NCBI GenBank assembly: GCA_964276515.1
Contig: OZ193910.1
Coordinates: forward strand, 1 to 64,000
Length of the DNA stretch: 64,000 nucleotides
Direction: 5' to 3'
Origin: Gordius albopunctatus
Taxonomy: Eukaryota
The notes under the pieces were generated by a model that worked only from the letters and a program-made list of their open reading frames with translations, did not search any database and was not told the origin of the DNA. Shown one piece after another: positions 1 through 14,300 of this stretch (its first letter is position 1; each line of letters starts with the position of its first letter). Position numbers and translations under genes: made by a program.

Positions 1-2714
1 AACCCTAACCCTAACCCTAACCCTAACCCTAACCCTAACCCTAACCCTAACCCTACCCTAACCCTAACCCTAACCCTAACCCTAACCCTAACCCTAACCC
101 TAACCCTAACCCTAACCCTAACCCTAACCCTAACCCTAACCCTAACCCTAACCCTAACCCTAACCCTAACCCTAACCCTAACCCAACCCTAACCCTAACC
201 CTAACCCTAACCCTAACCCTAACCCTAACCCTAACCCTAACCCTAACCCTAACCCTAACCCTAACCCTAACCCTAACCCTAACCCTAACCCTAACCCTAA
301 CCCTAACCCTAACCCTAACCCTAACCCTAACCCTAACCCTAACCCTAACCCTAACCCTAACCCTAACCCTAACCCTAACCCTAACCCTAACCCTAACCCT
401 AACCCTAACCCTAACCCTAACCCTAACCCTAACCCTAACCCTAACCCTAACCCTAACCCTAACCCTAACCCTAACCCTAACCCTAACCCTAACCCTAACC
501 CTAACCCTAACCCTAACCCTAACCCTAACCCTAACCCTAACCCTAACCCTAACCCTAACCCTAACCCTAACCCTAACCCTAACCCTAACCCTAACCCTAA
601 CCCTAACCCTAACCCTAACCCTAACCCTAACCCTAACCCTAACCCTAACCCTAACCCTAACCCTAACCCTAACCCTAACCCTAACCCTAACCCTAACCCT
701 AACCCTAACCCTAACCCTAACCCTAACCCTAACCCTAACCCTAACCCTAACCCTAACCCTAACCCTAACCCTAACCCTAACCCTAACCCTAACCCTAACC
801 CTAACCCTAACCCTAACCCTAACCCTAACCCTAACCCTAACCCTAACCCTAACCCTAACCCTAACCCTAACCCTAACCCTAACCCTAACCCTAACCCTAA
901 CCCTAACCCTAACCCTAACCCTAACCCTAACCCTAACCCTAACCCTCCCTAACCCTAACCCTAACCCTAACCCTAACCCTAACCCTAACCCTAACCCTAA
1001 CCCTAACCCTAACCCTAACCCTAACCCTAACCCTAACCCTAACCCTAACCCTAACCCTAACCCTAACCCTAACCCTAACCCTAACCCTAACCCTAACCCT
1101 AACCCTAACCCTAACCCTAACCCTAACCCTAACCCTAACCCTAACCCTAACCCTAACCCTAACCCTAACCCTAACCCTAACCCTAACCCTAACCCTAACC
1201 CTAACCCTAACCCTAACCCTAACCCTAACCCTAACCCTAACCCTAACCCTAACCCTAACCCTAACCCTAACCCTAACCCTAACCCTAACCCTAACCCTAA
1301 CCCTAACCCTAACCCTAACCCTAACCCTAACCCTAACCCTAACCCTAACCTAACCCTAACCCTAACCCTAACCCTAACCCTAACCCTAACCCTAACCCTA
1401 ACCCTAACCCTAACCCTAACCCTAACCCTAACCCTAACCCTAACCCTAACCCTAACCCTAACCCTAACCCTAACCCTAACCCTAACCCTAACCCTAACCC
1501 TAACCCTAACCCTAACCCTAACCCTAACCCTAACCCTAACCCTAACCCTAACCCTAACCCTAACCCTAACCCTAACCCTAACCCTAACCCTAACCCTAAC
1601 CCTAACCCTAACCCTAACCCTAACCCTAACCCTAACCCTAACCCTAACCCTAACCCTAACCCTAACCCTAACCCTAACCCTAACCCTAACCCTAACCCTA
1701 ACCCTAACCCTAACCCTAACCCTAACCCTAACCCTAACCCTAACCCTAACCCTAACCCTAACCCTAACCCTAACCCTAACCCTAACCCTAACCCTAACCC
1801 TAACCCTAACCCTAACCCTAACCCTAACCCTAACCCTAACCCTAACCCTAACCCTAACCCTAACCCTAACCCTAACCCTAACCCTAACCCTAACCCTAAC
1901 CCTAACCCTAACCCTAACCCTAACCCTAACCCTAACCCTAACCCTAACCCTAACCCTAACCCTAACCCTAACCCTAACCCTAACCCTAACCCTAACCCTA
2001 ACCCTAACCCTAACCCTAACCCTAACCCTAACCCTAACCCTAACCCTAACCCTAACCCTAACCCTAACCCTAACCCTAACCCTAACCCTAACCCTAACCC
2101 TAACCCTAACCCTAACCCTAACCCTAACCCTAACCCTAACCCTAACCCTAACCCTAACCCTAACCCTAACCCTAACCCTAACCCTAACCCTAACCCTAAC
2201 CCTAACCCTAACCCTAACCCTAACCCTAACCCTAACCCTAACCCTAACCCTAACCCTAACCCTAACCCTAACCCTAACCCTAACCCTAACCCTAACCCTA
2301 ACCCTAACCCTAACCCTAACCCTAACCCTAACCCTAACCCTAACCCTAACCCTAACCCTAACCCTAACCCTAACCCTAACCCTAACCCTAACCCTAACCC
2401 TAACCCTAACCCTAACCCTAACCCTAACCCTAACCCTAACCCTAACCCTAACCCTAACCCTAACCCTAACCCTAACCCTAACCCTAACCCTAACCCTAAC
2501 CCTAACCCTAACCCTAACCCTAACCCTAACCCTAACCCTAACCCTAACCCTAACCCTAACCCTAACCCTAACCCTAACCCTAACCCTAACCCCTAACCCT
2601 AACCCTAACCCTAACCCTAACCCTAACCCTAACCCTAACCCTAACCCTAACCCTAACCCTAACCCTAACCCTAACCCTAACCCTAACCCTAACCCTAACC
2701 CTAACCCTAACCCT
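1..2714 (-). repeat. Telomeric repeat array (TTAGGG)n, seen here as (CCCTAA)n; left chromosome end
   Basis: Near-perfect CCCTAA tandem array from base 1, with five 1-2 nt variants (~55, ~184, ~946, ~1350, ~2592). Confidence 0.99.
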
Positions 2715-5700
2715 TTTGGAGTTATAGCATTTTGGGGTCCTGTGGACCCCACATATGCTCTCATCTCACGTAATTTTTTTTCATTTTGAAAATTTTTTTT
2801 TGCGAGAATTTTGACTTATATATTAATACAATTAAATTTTTGTATAAAAAATAAATTTTGCATGAGTTTTTAACACAAAAAAACGTTAAAACGGAATTAA
2901 AAAGTTTACCTAGTGAAATAAAACATTACTTTTTTTATCAGCTGTTAATATGAATTCAATTTATTTCAATTGTTTAGACTCAAGCGCGTAGGGAAGGGGG
3001 GGGGGGGGGGGGTTTCGGGTTTGAACCCCCCTCCCCCCCCCCCTCCTCCTGGATATTATTTTTTTTCAAAACACAACACAAAATTATTGATAACCATAAT
3101 TATAATTAATTTAGCTAGTGTCAAGTGCTGCGTTTATATTTATATATATATGTTAAAAAATTAAGTCGACAAGTTAATAAATTTTGAATTTCGGAATTTG
3201 TATTTTTGATTAAAAGCTTCCAAACACAAAAACTGACTAAATTGATTTTTATCCTTTTGTTCTCCTTCAATATTTTTATATTCATAATCTGTCTTTTTAT
3301 AATTTTTTGAAATGTATGATTATATTTATTCGATTAAGTATTTATATAAACTTAAATATTCGAATCGAACTCGAATCTTGAAATTTTTTTCCAAATTCGA
3401 ATCCTTATTTTAATATTCGACGGATCTCGAATCGGATATTTTATTCTCTAAAATTTCGAATACGAAATCCAGAGGCGTAGTAAATGTGATAGATTTGTAC
3501 GGATACGGAGTATAGATGAGTTTTGTAAAAACTATACCCCAAAATAGGAGAATGTAGCAAAAACAAAAAAACGAACCCCAAGTCGGACCTAAGGTGAAGT
3601 CCCTGGTTTCTATAGATTGTTTTAAAAATTCGTGTAAAAATTTATCTTATTAATCTTAAATGTTTTTAATTTATGAAGCGCTACCTGAAAACATTTTTTA
3701 TCTTCAGTTCTATTTGGCTTTTATATTGATTTATAGAACGTATTGTTCTGTATCATCTTTATGATGAAAGCTGACATCTTTATTATATTATTTTTTGTTC
3801 TTATTCCTACCATAAAAAACAAGTAAATACCGGACTTGAAACATTAATTGATAATAATATATAGATATATTTCTACACCATATCCATACAGGTCCACCTA
3901 TACAGTTCTACGTAGTAAGAATAATATATTTTTGACCGCTGTTTTTATATTTTCTGATAAACAAACATTTAATTATTACTATTTAACCTGAATCTAAATA
4001 ACCGTGGAAGGACGCGTTGTGTGGTCCTTATAATATTCACCTTTTAGCAAATAGAGATATCGACATTGGGCCATTTTTTAAAGGTGGTTCCTCGTGTAAA
4101 TGAAAACTTCAACACGAGACCGTCCGTAATTAACGTTATGAGCATTATTATGCTCTTTTCCGTTGTAAAAAACTTCATACCATCTCAGCCCGCTGGTCAT
4201 TTTTTGAATGTAATTCAGGTGCTTTATTTTCAGCCTGGCCTACTTAATATTTGAACCTTAATATTTATTTATTTCATTTTACATGTTGGACAACATGCTT
4301 TCTTTTTCAAGCCGTTTGCACGCAAAAATTTTATTTGCTAGCGGCACTTTTACCGGGATAAAATACATAATTTCGTTAGAGTAGTTTTAGTATCGGATCC
4401 TTTCCTCTCTAAAGAGAAACTTATTAGTTTCATATTTCTTTTTAAGTTGCTTTATTGCCATTTATCAGGACAATTTAAATATAATCACATTTTATTGAAT
4501 TTATCACTACTTTATAAATTTGGACTATATAAATATATTTTATTAAAATTAAATTAATATAAAAACTGTTAAATCTTCAAACTATTTTTTACAAAAAACT
4601 CCTACAGCTGATTGGAACGAATAACAAAATTATTTAAACAAAAATTTATGAGAGCTTTTGAAATAAATTAGAAATGTTTTGTCACTAATATTATCATCAG
4701 TCGTTTTAATTTCTTAATTATCTTTAATAGTCTCCAAATGAAAAATTCTAAATGTAAAAGAAACGTAACTATGCCTTTTTGCGAGCAGAAAATGTATTTA
4801 ATAAAAGTCTTTTTATCTGTTTAATTAAATCTTTCTTTAACCCCACCTTAAAGGCAATATGGCCAGCGATCCTGTCATTTTTATTGTTTAAAGAAATTAA
4901 ACCGTAAGAATTTGTTTAACCCTAGCCCGGAACATAGTCCCAAATCCCTGAATTTGAGGGGATATGATCGAGAGGCTTAATTTGCTATAAATTTAATTTC
5001 GTAGTATTTAATGCGGTTTTGCTTACATAATGTTTGAAACGTAAGTTTATAATTTAACTATATTTTTATTAACCATTGATAGGTGAAGAGACCAAACCTT
5101 GCCTTATTTTTATGTGCATATGATTTTCTATCTTCCTTAGATTTTAAAGCAATTGAATTTATGTTTTTGATTAAAAATGAAGTTGGCCATCTCAAAAGAA
5201 AATTCATTAATTAATAAAAAGATTTACACAATTTATTAAAATAAAAAAATTAAAGTCCTATAATGATCTATCCATATAATGTGTTTTGTGTAAGCCCTTG
5301 TTACTGCGTTTTCTTTTTTCGCTAATAACTCCTAATCTACCGATTGCCACCAAATTTGGCCAGATAACTGCCTTAGCATCCTAGATGGTTTTGATAGCTG
5401 TAACCCTGTTTTCTGGTGGTGTTAACTGCCATCTAGCGGACGAGAGATACAACACATCTATACTTATTTATCGTTATGGTGCTAGCCCTGAAAGCTTTTC
5501 CACTATTGATTTATCATTTGTGTCTCAATTTGTTAGTCAACTACGCCCATTTTTTTACAATATATAAGCCTGTGACAAATAAATATTCTAAGTACCTTAA
5601 AACATTATCATTTTCTTGAATAAAAATAACGCGCGCTTTTACAAAGATTCCCTTATTTTGTATTTTTTTGTATTTTTTGGAAAGTTCGGTTATTAATATT

Positions 5701-5999
5701 ACAAGTACAAAAACATTACCCTGTCGTTAAGATAATAAATTCTGACAATGTTTAATCGACAGACACAAAATGAAGTGCTATTAACTATTATTCATAGAGA
5801 ATAATGATTCGAGAGCACAAAGAAAATCATTTTTAAAATCCCGCCAATTACTCCATCAATACATCGTACTATGTATGGCAAAATTAAATCGTAAAATCAG
5901 AGCAACTTCGCTAAGAATATGTTAAATAGGACACTTTTTTTTTGATAAAAAGTTTATTAATATATGGCTAATTATAATACGGTAAAAACAAATTTAGTA

Positions 6000-6560
6000 T
6001 ATTAAAAAAATTAAATAAGAGCGTTAAATATCTAATATATCTTCATCTTCCTCTTTCACCGAAGGACAAGAATCCAAAAAATATTTATAGTTGAATTTTG
6101 CGATTGAAATCGCTATTGATTGTTTTCGTAGAAATGCGAGAGAATATTTAGAAGGAGGAGATCGTCTGCCTATTTCTGTAAAAATGGCTAATGCCATTTT
6201 CCCATAAGAGCCGAAACAGGATGAAACTATGGGGATAAAAATACTTGAGTTTAAAAGGGCCTTGTATTTTGTTAATTTGCGCCCCTCGGCGAGGACCATT
6301 GGATCATAATTGAGATTTGAAGACGCAAACAAATCAATGGATGTAAAGTTCCATTTTAAGAATAGACAGTTTTCGCAAGGCACAAGTGAGGAGCCATCAG
6401 GGCGCATTCGACCCTCAAGAGAAGGGTCTGACGGCTCAAGAATGGAGGCGACTTCAGCCTTTTTAAGGGCTGACTGGATGATGGAGTTGACTTTAGAGTG
6501 TCGTATGTGTCTGAATTTGAATGATTAGAGTATTACAGATGTCCAAACTTATTGTTTGGA
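6000..6560 (-). mobile_element. 3' fragment of a CRE-like (restriction-like endonuclease) non-LTR retrotransposon
   Basis: ORF 6024..6407 reads RPDG.SLVP...KWNFT.ID...AE.RK..KY...FIPI...FGSYG, the REL endonuclease signature. It is preceded in frame by RHSKVNSII...LEP. Confidence 0.75.
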
Positions 6561-6599
6561 CAATAGCCCATAAAAATCGCTCAAAGTTCTTAATTGGTC

Positions 6600-7295
6600 A
6601 TCGCAATATTTGCGAGGAATTCTTTTACCTTTTGGTAACGCAATATTAATGACCGGTGCTCCCAAGATCCAACCTTGCAGACGAAATCAATGCCTGTCTA
6701 AAATATTCTATTTTGTTGCCTTATGTCAAAACATTCCATCTACCAACTAATATGCCTGTAGTTTTACAAAATCATCATGCAGGTGAGATATTCACCAATG
6801 AATTGCTAGAAATTTAAGGAGGGAACTGTGCTAGTTGATATATGCTCAGGACGGATTTCTTTTCCTACCAACTTCTGCGATTTTATTCCGTCTTAAAATG
6901 CTTTAGATGAGAATGTGTTTTATTTTAACGCCCATTATCATGATCGACTTTGGCTCTGCGAATGGTTTATTCTCGCCCCCAAGAATAGAGACGTCCACGA
7001 GCTTATCAATCTCATTCTGTCTGACATTCAAGTCAATCCAATTTCTTACAAGTCGGTTGATACTATGGTCCTTGTTATTGATGACACTGTTAATAAAATA
7101 ATCCAATCCAAATTTTTTAATTCACCTGATCTGGCAGGGATACCACCTCACTTTCTTCATTTGAAAAGTTGTGTACCGATTATCATAAAACTCAATATCA
7201 GTCAGCCAAACCATTGCAATGGTTTAGGTCTAGTTGTTAAACGCTTGATGTGCAACGTTAAAACCACAATTTTGACGTCACCTGTGCATTTTTAA
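6600..7295 (+). pseudogene. Degenerate Helitron PIF1-helicase fragment
   Basis: Broken-frame peptides VLPRSNLADEINACLKYSIL...LPTNM (~6655-6755) and FFNSPDLAGIPPHFLHLK..VPII..LNI..P..CNG..LVV match conserved Helitron helicase blocks. Confidence 0.8.
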
Positions 7296-8180
7296 ATTTT
7301 ATATCTCCATAAAAGGTAGAGTTGTATATTCCTTTATTTTAACTTAATTATCTGCTAATATAAATATGTTTATAGCAAAAACTTCCCGAACTACCAGACC
7401 AATCTTCCAGCTTTATTCTTATCCAAATTAATTTGATAAAAATTTAAGCAAAAATATATTTTAACATCTCTCAGGTAAACTTAAACCCGTATATACAATC
7501 AAACTATTAATAAATCTATGGGCGTAGCCAGCGGGAAGTGAGTAGCGGCTGCCCCCTCTAAATCCGACTTTGTTTTAAATTTATTAAAATTATGGTCGAA
7601 TTTTCAAGAAACTAACATTTTACCCCTCCTTAAATCGTTATTGCCCCCTCTAATTTCAATGCTGGCTACACCTACGAATATACAATTAGTCTAGCCTTAA
7701 ATTATAAATACACTTGCTGGTCTAAACGTATTATATATATTATTTTTCTTAATTTATAATTTTTGAGGATCATTTTATACTGATTTTTATTATAATCAAG
7801 CCTCACCTATAACACCTTCATCTGACTAAAATTTTACAAGGTATAACTACAATATATAACTATATTTCTCATTTTTTCCTCATGCATAAATATTTCTCTT
7901 TAAAAATACTCGCGTAATTTTGTATTATTTCTAATTAATTCTGATATCAACCAAGTATTGCAAAAGCCTTCGTTTACCAAATTTAAACGATATTTTTTCA
8001 TATTTTCGATTTTAGGGTATGACATTACACTATTATAAACGCTGTACTAAAATATTTTCTCTACATTGTCGAACATTATCATTGACTTTTATACACCAGT
8101 GGTTTATAACGTTTTGTCACCCAATCATGCATAAATTTTCATATAAGTTCTGTTAACTCATGCTAATTTAAATAATAAAA

Positions 8181-8217
8181 GACTAAGTCAAAGCACCGCT
8201 TGACCGGGCACAGCTAG
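8181..8217 (+). mobile_element. Helitron 3' terminus (GC-rich subterminal motif plus CTAG)
   Basis: gactaagtcaaagcaccgcttgaccgggcacagCTAG-t. A related terminus occurs on the minus strand at 26744..26780. Confidence 0.6.
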
Positions 8218-9022
8218 TTTATAAATAGGAACATTAAATTATAGTTCTAAATTCTCTGTTACTTTGAAATAGTACTATTTGATGATTGCAAAGCTTTTCT
8301 GCATTATATGATTATATTTTAATTAAATCTTAAACAAGTATAATAATAATTGAATAATTTACTAGCAAATTATTATGCAAAGTTATCGAATATACTCAAA
8401 AACTCCTGGGATGATAAACTTCAAAACATTTATCATTAATACATAAAAATGCGATAAATGAAATAGAGATTTGTTATACATGATTTTCAACTTTAAAAAA
8501 AGTTAAATCATTGACCACCTTTCAAAAAGTATGATACCTTAAAATAAATAAGTTTAAAATAGTTTTTGATTACAAACAGAAGCCTTAGTTGTATATTTAA
8601 ATCAAAACTAGTAAAGATTTTGAAGTAAAATTTGAGAATATTTGTTCAAGCATGATTAATAATCAAATATATTTGTTTTAAATCTATTTTCTAGAGGCTT
8701 TAAAAAATAGGATGCCTTAAAAAATTTTTTGATTTTTTGAATGATAATAATTTTTATAAAAATATGAATTAGTAAAGATTTCATAAATTTTAAGAGGATT
8801 TTTATTTTAAAATAAGATAATTAAAAAAAAAGATTTAATAATCATGGATTTCTAAATTTCTTAACCTATATATTACTTTCGCCCGAATTCCCCAACTAAT
8901 TTTATTTTAATATAAACAGAATAATATCTTTGTTTTTTAAAACGTTTTTAATATCTTATATTATACCCCTATAGAAACCTAAATTCATCCATTTTAATAT
9001 TTGACCATATTATCATTCATAG

Positions 9023-9139
9023 CGTGTCAGGAGCAAAGTGAATGTGAGAACTTAAATGCAACTTATAGATGTATCTGTTTCGCAAATGATTGCCAATGCT
9101 ACCTTAAGGAAGATACTCTGGACTCGGAATTCGAATTTA
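9023..9139 (+). CDS. Exon A of a Cys-rich EB/EGF-like module repeat gene (first visible exon)
   Basis: AG at 9021-22 and GT at 9140-41; 117 nt, phase 1-1; encodes CQEQSECENLNATYRCICFANDCQCYLKEDTLDSEFEF. Confidence 0.75.
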
Positions 9140-9539
9140 GTAACAAAATTATTAATTATATCAGAAATGAGATCACTATAGATTAGTTTAACACTGATAA
9201 CAACATCCATAATACATTACATTTTTTACAAATTATTCTCTAGATTTTTCCTCTAAATTCCCTGGAGAAAGCTGTACTCAGGACGAAGATTGTGTATTTC
9301 ATATATGTCATAAAAGAAAAATGTGTTTATGTGAGGATGGCTATGGTCTTTTCGGTAGAAAATGTATTCCAGGTATTTTAAAATTAATTTGACACTGCTA
9401 AACTTTACATATAAATCCTTTCTTACATAATTCAATTAGCTGATTTTGTTTAAACCCCCGTCTCTGTCTGTTTATAAGTCGATAATTATCGATTAAAAAA
9501 TTTTATTTGTACATTTATTTATTTATTTGATATCTATTC

Positions 9540-10122
9540 CTCTTCTTTTTTATCAGTTATTTGGTCCCATATTGGTGGGATTTGTTTTGATAAGTTTCTT
9601 CGATCTTGACCGGGTGAGTGCCATGTTTTGACTAATCTCTTTAGTTTCCATAACCTTATCGACTTGCCCTTTACACGTGACACGGGGTCGTCCTCTTCCT
9701 CTCTTACCCGGTACCTCCATGTCCAGTATTTTTTGATTTACGTCATCCATATCCCTTCTTAGTATATGCCCATACCACCTTAGCCGATTTTCGCTAATCA
9801 TGTCCGCCATAGGTTGAATACCCATTTTTGTCATGAGAAAGTCATTCGTCATATGGTCGAGCTTAGTATACCCCAAGCTCTACCGTATCATTCTCATCTT
9901 TTTGGCCTGTAATAGCTTTAATTCCGTGGTGTTTAATGCCCATGTTTCACTTCCATAGAGTAACACCGGTCTTACGATGGATTTGTAAGCTTTGCTCTTC
10001 AACCATATTGTCATTTTCTTGTCGCACATTACACCGGATATACTTCGCCATTTAAGCCATCCTTTTTGGATCCGGGCATTGACTTCCGTTGCGCAACCTC
10101 CCTCGTAGCATCGAGCCGAGGT
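9540..10122 (-). mobile_element. 5'-truncated RTE-clade LINE copy
   Basis: Nearly identical to the 3' end of the 30771..33849 copy (RLRWYGHILRR...GKRGRGRPR), with a (GAA)-type tail. Confidence 0.95.
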
Positions 10123-11393
10123 ATGTTATATAATTCGCGGTTACCAGACACTAGCCGAAGAACCACAATTTAAAAATAGTGTCTTTCTTTTGTAAAGATG
10201 GCAAGATAGCTCTGTATGTAAAAACGGAATTACCCGGCATAATTGGAAAGCCCTATATGATCCTATTTACAACAATCACAGCTATATAAAAAAGAAATTC
10301 GTTATAAAACTTTATATATCAAGCAATATATCCCTTAATATCTATCCACTGATTTCGCATTAAGACATACTACATTTTAAACATGAAGATTTACACCTCA
10401 ACACATCTCTCCATTAATATTCAACATATATATAAGCGGTTCAAATACTTTCAAGATTTATTCAATCCTATATAACCAATACAAAGTTTATTTTTTATTA
10501 AATGATGTTGATAATATAAACTAAATGATGTATACTCAAAAGGCTCTGCAAAATTTAGCCATTGTACAACTCAAATTAGTTTGTTTTTGCATTAATTTTA
10601 AGTTTAAAGAATAATATACTTTAAATAACAAAATAACTTTTCAATATTTTCCAATTGATCTACATCACATTTATTTCTTTATCCTTACTCCTTAGCAAGA
10701 CTATTATAGTAGTATATTTAAATACAATCTTTTTATACCAATTATATCTTATGAAATCCCAATACAACTTGTATGAAAGAAATCTGCTATTCAGGCAATA
10801 CCCAACTATATATTCTTACCAATAAACCATGATCTTCCCTAGATAAATGGTTTAATATTTTTGAAACAGATTATCAAAATTTGAGAAATATACAATTTTA
10901 TGTTTCATATTATCTTTTATTTATGCAATATAAAATTTTAGTGTGCTCATTTATGAACTCCCTAATCTCACCTTAAAGGGTTAAATTTATATTGCATAAC
11001 AACCTTTTACCTTTGCTGTATACCACTTAAATCTGAGAATAAACAAACTTATGTTATTGCATAAAGGTAGTGATGTTGATTTGCTCCAGTGAGCATTGCT
11101 CACTGTGATCTCTGCCCCCTCACAAGCACTGTGTATCCTACTCTACTCATGAGTAGGATACAGTATCACATGAAAATGCTCGAGAGGCAGAGGGGTAGTA
11201 GCAAAAAGTAACTCATGTATAGAGCTGTGTGTCTGAGCAGCAGTAAATGTTTACTAACCGATTTAATATGAGCAAATTCTATGAGCAGCACTTTATCTAA
11301 ACTGCTCATAGCATCTCATCTATTATAATAATTAACGCGTGCCATGCAATAAAGCAACTTATTCTTTTGTTCAACAATAATTATGGCTATTTG

Positions 11394-11646
11394 AATAGGC
11401 GTAAGTAGGATTTCCTCCAGGGGGGGGGAGGGGGTTAAAAATTTTAAGTTCAAATTTTTTTGTAACTATTTTTTTGATCAATGTTTTGTCTCCTAAAAGT
11501 TTAAAGTGACATTGGCGTAAAAATATAAAAATACTAAAAGTAAAATTCTATCGTATATTTTTTTTAATATACAATGTAAAAATTATATAAATTGAACATC
11601 ATGGGAGGGGTTCTAACCGGAAAACCACCCCCTGCCTACGCCAATG
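11394..11646. mobile_element. hAT-type MITE with an 8-bp TSD
   Basis: Imperfect TIRs aataggcgtaagtagg / cctgcctacgccaatg, flanked by the exact direct repeat GCTATTTG (11386..11393 and 11647..11654). Confidence 0.85.
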
Positions 11647-12929
11647 GCTATTTGTTATGAATTTACATTTTTTCAGGCGAATATTTTTTCCAATTTTCTT
11701 TATTAATGGCTAAAATTTGCTTAATGCTATTAAAATTTATTTTATATACATGCCAATAATTTTGGTAATAATTTTTTTGACAATTTTAATATGGTTTAAC
11801 TTTATATTTTATTGTTTTTAAGAACATGTGTCAATGTTACAATTTTATTAAAGGTGCGAACTAACTTCTTTCGATTTTCATTATATATATCTAAAATAAT
11901 TTTTAAAATTTATTTTTCATAAATGATAAAATTACATTTTATTGTATTAATATTTTTTTTGACATTCTTAATATTACTTAATGTTTCTAAATTTATATTT
12001 AATAATATTTTTAGTCCAGGTCACAATGCAAAGTTTTATAAAAAGTGGGAAATTTCGCTTTATAGAATATTCTTTATATATGGCTAAAATATGCTTAATG
12101 ATAATGATATTAAAATTTATTTTTTATACATGCCAAAAATATGTTTTATTGTTTTAAATATAAATTTTTGAATATTCTGTCTCACCCAACTACTAATAAA
12201 TTCTTTGACATTTTTAATATGGGTTTTTAAGCCAGGTTACAATGTAATAGTTTTATTAGAGGTGTGAATTTATTTTTTGGTAAAAGATTTTGAAATTTAT
12301 TGTTTAAAACATGGCAAAAATATTTTTATTTTATTTACATATTTTTGATTTGGATGTTTTATATCTGTTTTTAGTTCAAATTAAAGTATTGACACCAAAT
12401 CAGCATTATTTTATTAAATTCCACCAAATAGACACATAAATTATTACAACTGATATTATGTTAAATTAACATTTCCCCAAGACTTTACACGCATAAGAGA
12501 GATAGGGAAGAGGGGATCGGCGATATGTCACATAAGACATAAGTAATTAACACATTAGCTGAGCAGATTAATTGCGATATGTCACATAATTAATTAAAAC
12601 ATTCGTTGAGCAAAAGGGATGAGCAACTTGCTATCAGCAATTGCTCGCACAAAACTACTTTTATTTAAAGTTGTTCATCCCGCCTCATTCCTTCTGCTTG
12701 AGTTTGTATATTTGCTGTTACAACTTAACCTCTTAAGCATTTTACCCCCCGACAGAGCTTATGCGTCCAAGCACATATGTTAGCTATTATGATCCGTTCA
12801 AGTTGGAACATAATAGCAACTTTACATCTCTACATAAAGGCATAATATCAATATAACACATACCCTGTAAATCTCAATCTTGCACGTTTAAAATTCTTAT
12901 TAGTCTTTATTTGTCATCTTACACCCATA

Positions 12930-14300
12930 GTAGCATCTCTATGCCCTACATGTAAGGGAAACATTTGTTTAAAGAAAAAAAAATTTTTTGTCCCATGGCC
13001 CATATCAGCTAAATGCCCTTCTTCTGGTAAGCTGGCTCCCCCAAACATAATATGTCCTCCTACAGCACTAGAAATTCAATATAATAATAATATTGACATT
13101 ATACCTAACTCTAATACATTCCCAGCTACCCCTAATAATGTTTATTACAGTGTTGAGCCTCTGGATTCAACATGGAGTAAAGTCCTTATCATCTCTAAAA
13201 TAATATGCAAAGCAATCAAGCATAATTTATCCCCATATCTAATGCCTCATCAGTTAGAACTCGGTGTTAAAGGGGGATGTGAAATAGCTACGCATGCTGC
13301 TAGATTGACCCTTGAAAATCTACCGCCCAGCGAGTCTTTTATAAAATTAGACTTTCAAAATGCCTTTAACAACCAAAATAGAAATTCTTTTATTAACAAT
13401 TTCATCGATGCTTTTCCCCAATATGTCAACTATATTCTTTTAAGTTATGACACCCCGTCTATTTTTAAATTTGGACAATTTTTGATTGATTGAGCTGAGG
13501 GCATTTAAGAGGGGACCCCCCTAACTTAACCTATCATTAAACGCGACAAAATGCGTTGACATTCTTTTATACGCCTTGAGAAGGACGAGTTATTTTTACT
13601 AGTTTCTGCAATAGGCTATCCTAAATGCTTAAGAAAGTTATCTCGATAATAACCTTAAAAATTTAAAATGTAAAAATAAAATTTTTAAGCTTATGCCCGC
13701 CCACCGCGCATTTTATATTTTGAAAAACTACTTTAATATAGCCAAAATATTATTTTGCTTCCGATCCACAAGCGAATTTTTGCATACACATATTTTACAT
13801 AATTTCGAAACCCACATGAAATCTGTCATCTAATCCACCCTGAACTTATCATTCGATACTAACACCTGGCTAAAAGCCACATTACCAACAAAATCTGGGT
13901 GTCTGGGTATTTGTTCACCAAGCTCCTTATCCTTGGCCTCATTTATATCGTCCCACTTATCCTCAAAATCCATCGTCGCCAAACTAATCTCATACTTCCT
14001 CGGTGAAACATTTATGCAGGCTCTATCCCTTTGGAATTTAAATGTTCCACCAGAGGGCTCACCACCACAAACACCAAATCAAAAGGATTGGGATGCATGT
14101 TTGGTTTCGCGCTCCGTTGCTTATCTCCTTTCGAGCTGCGACACCAAACATAATTACAACCTTAGATCTTTGGTGTTTGATAAATCTGGACATGAATGGC
14201 TAAAGGCTTTTCCTAGCAAGTTCTCCAATATGATGTTAGAGGATTGCGAGCTATCCTACAGAATTAATTCTATTATCGAGTCATCCCTTCTTAGAAAGGC
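12930..14300 (+). mobile_element. Degenerate, internally deleted CRE-like non-LTR retrotransposon
   Basis: N-terminal CPTCK...HGP...CPSSG zinc finger, RT motifs PHQLELGVKGGCE...KLDFQNAFN, and LPTKSGCLGI / QKDWD blocks; frameshifts and stops present. Confidence 0.8.

Noticed and set aside
53..2764. 903-aa ORF as a real protein-coding gene
   Set aside because: It is the translation of the telomeric repeat; two of its three frames lack stops by construction.
10130..10960. Possible Penelope GIY-YIG remnant (YEIP..C....YSG.T at ~10745-10800)
   Set aside because: It needs a frameshift and is too degenerate to support.
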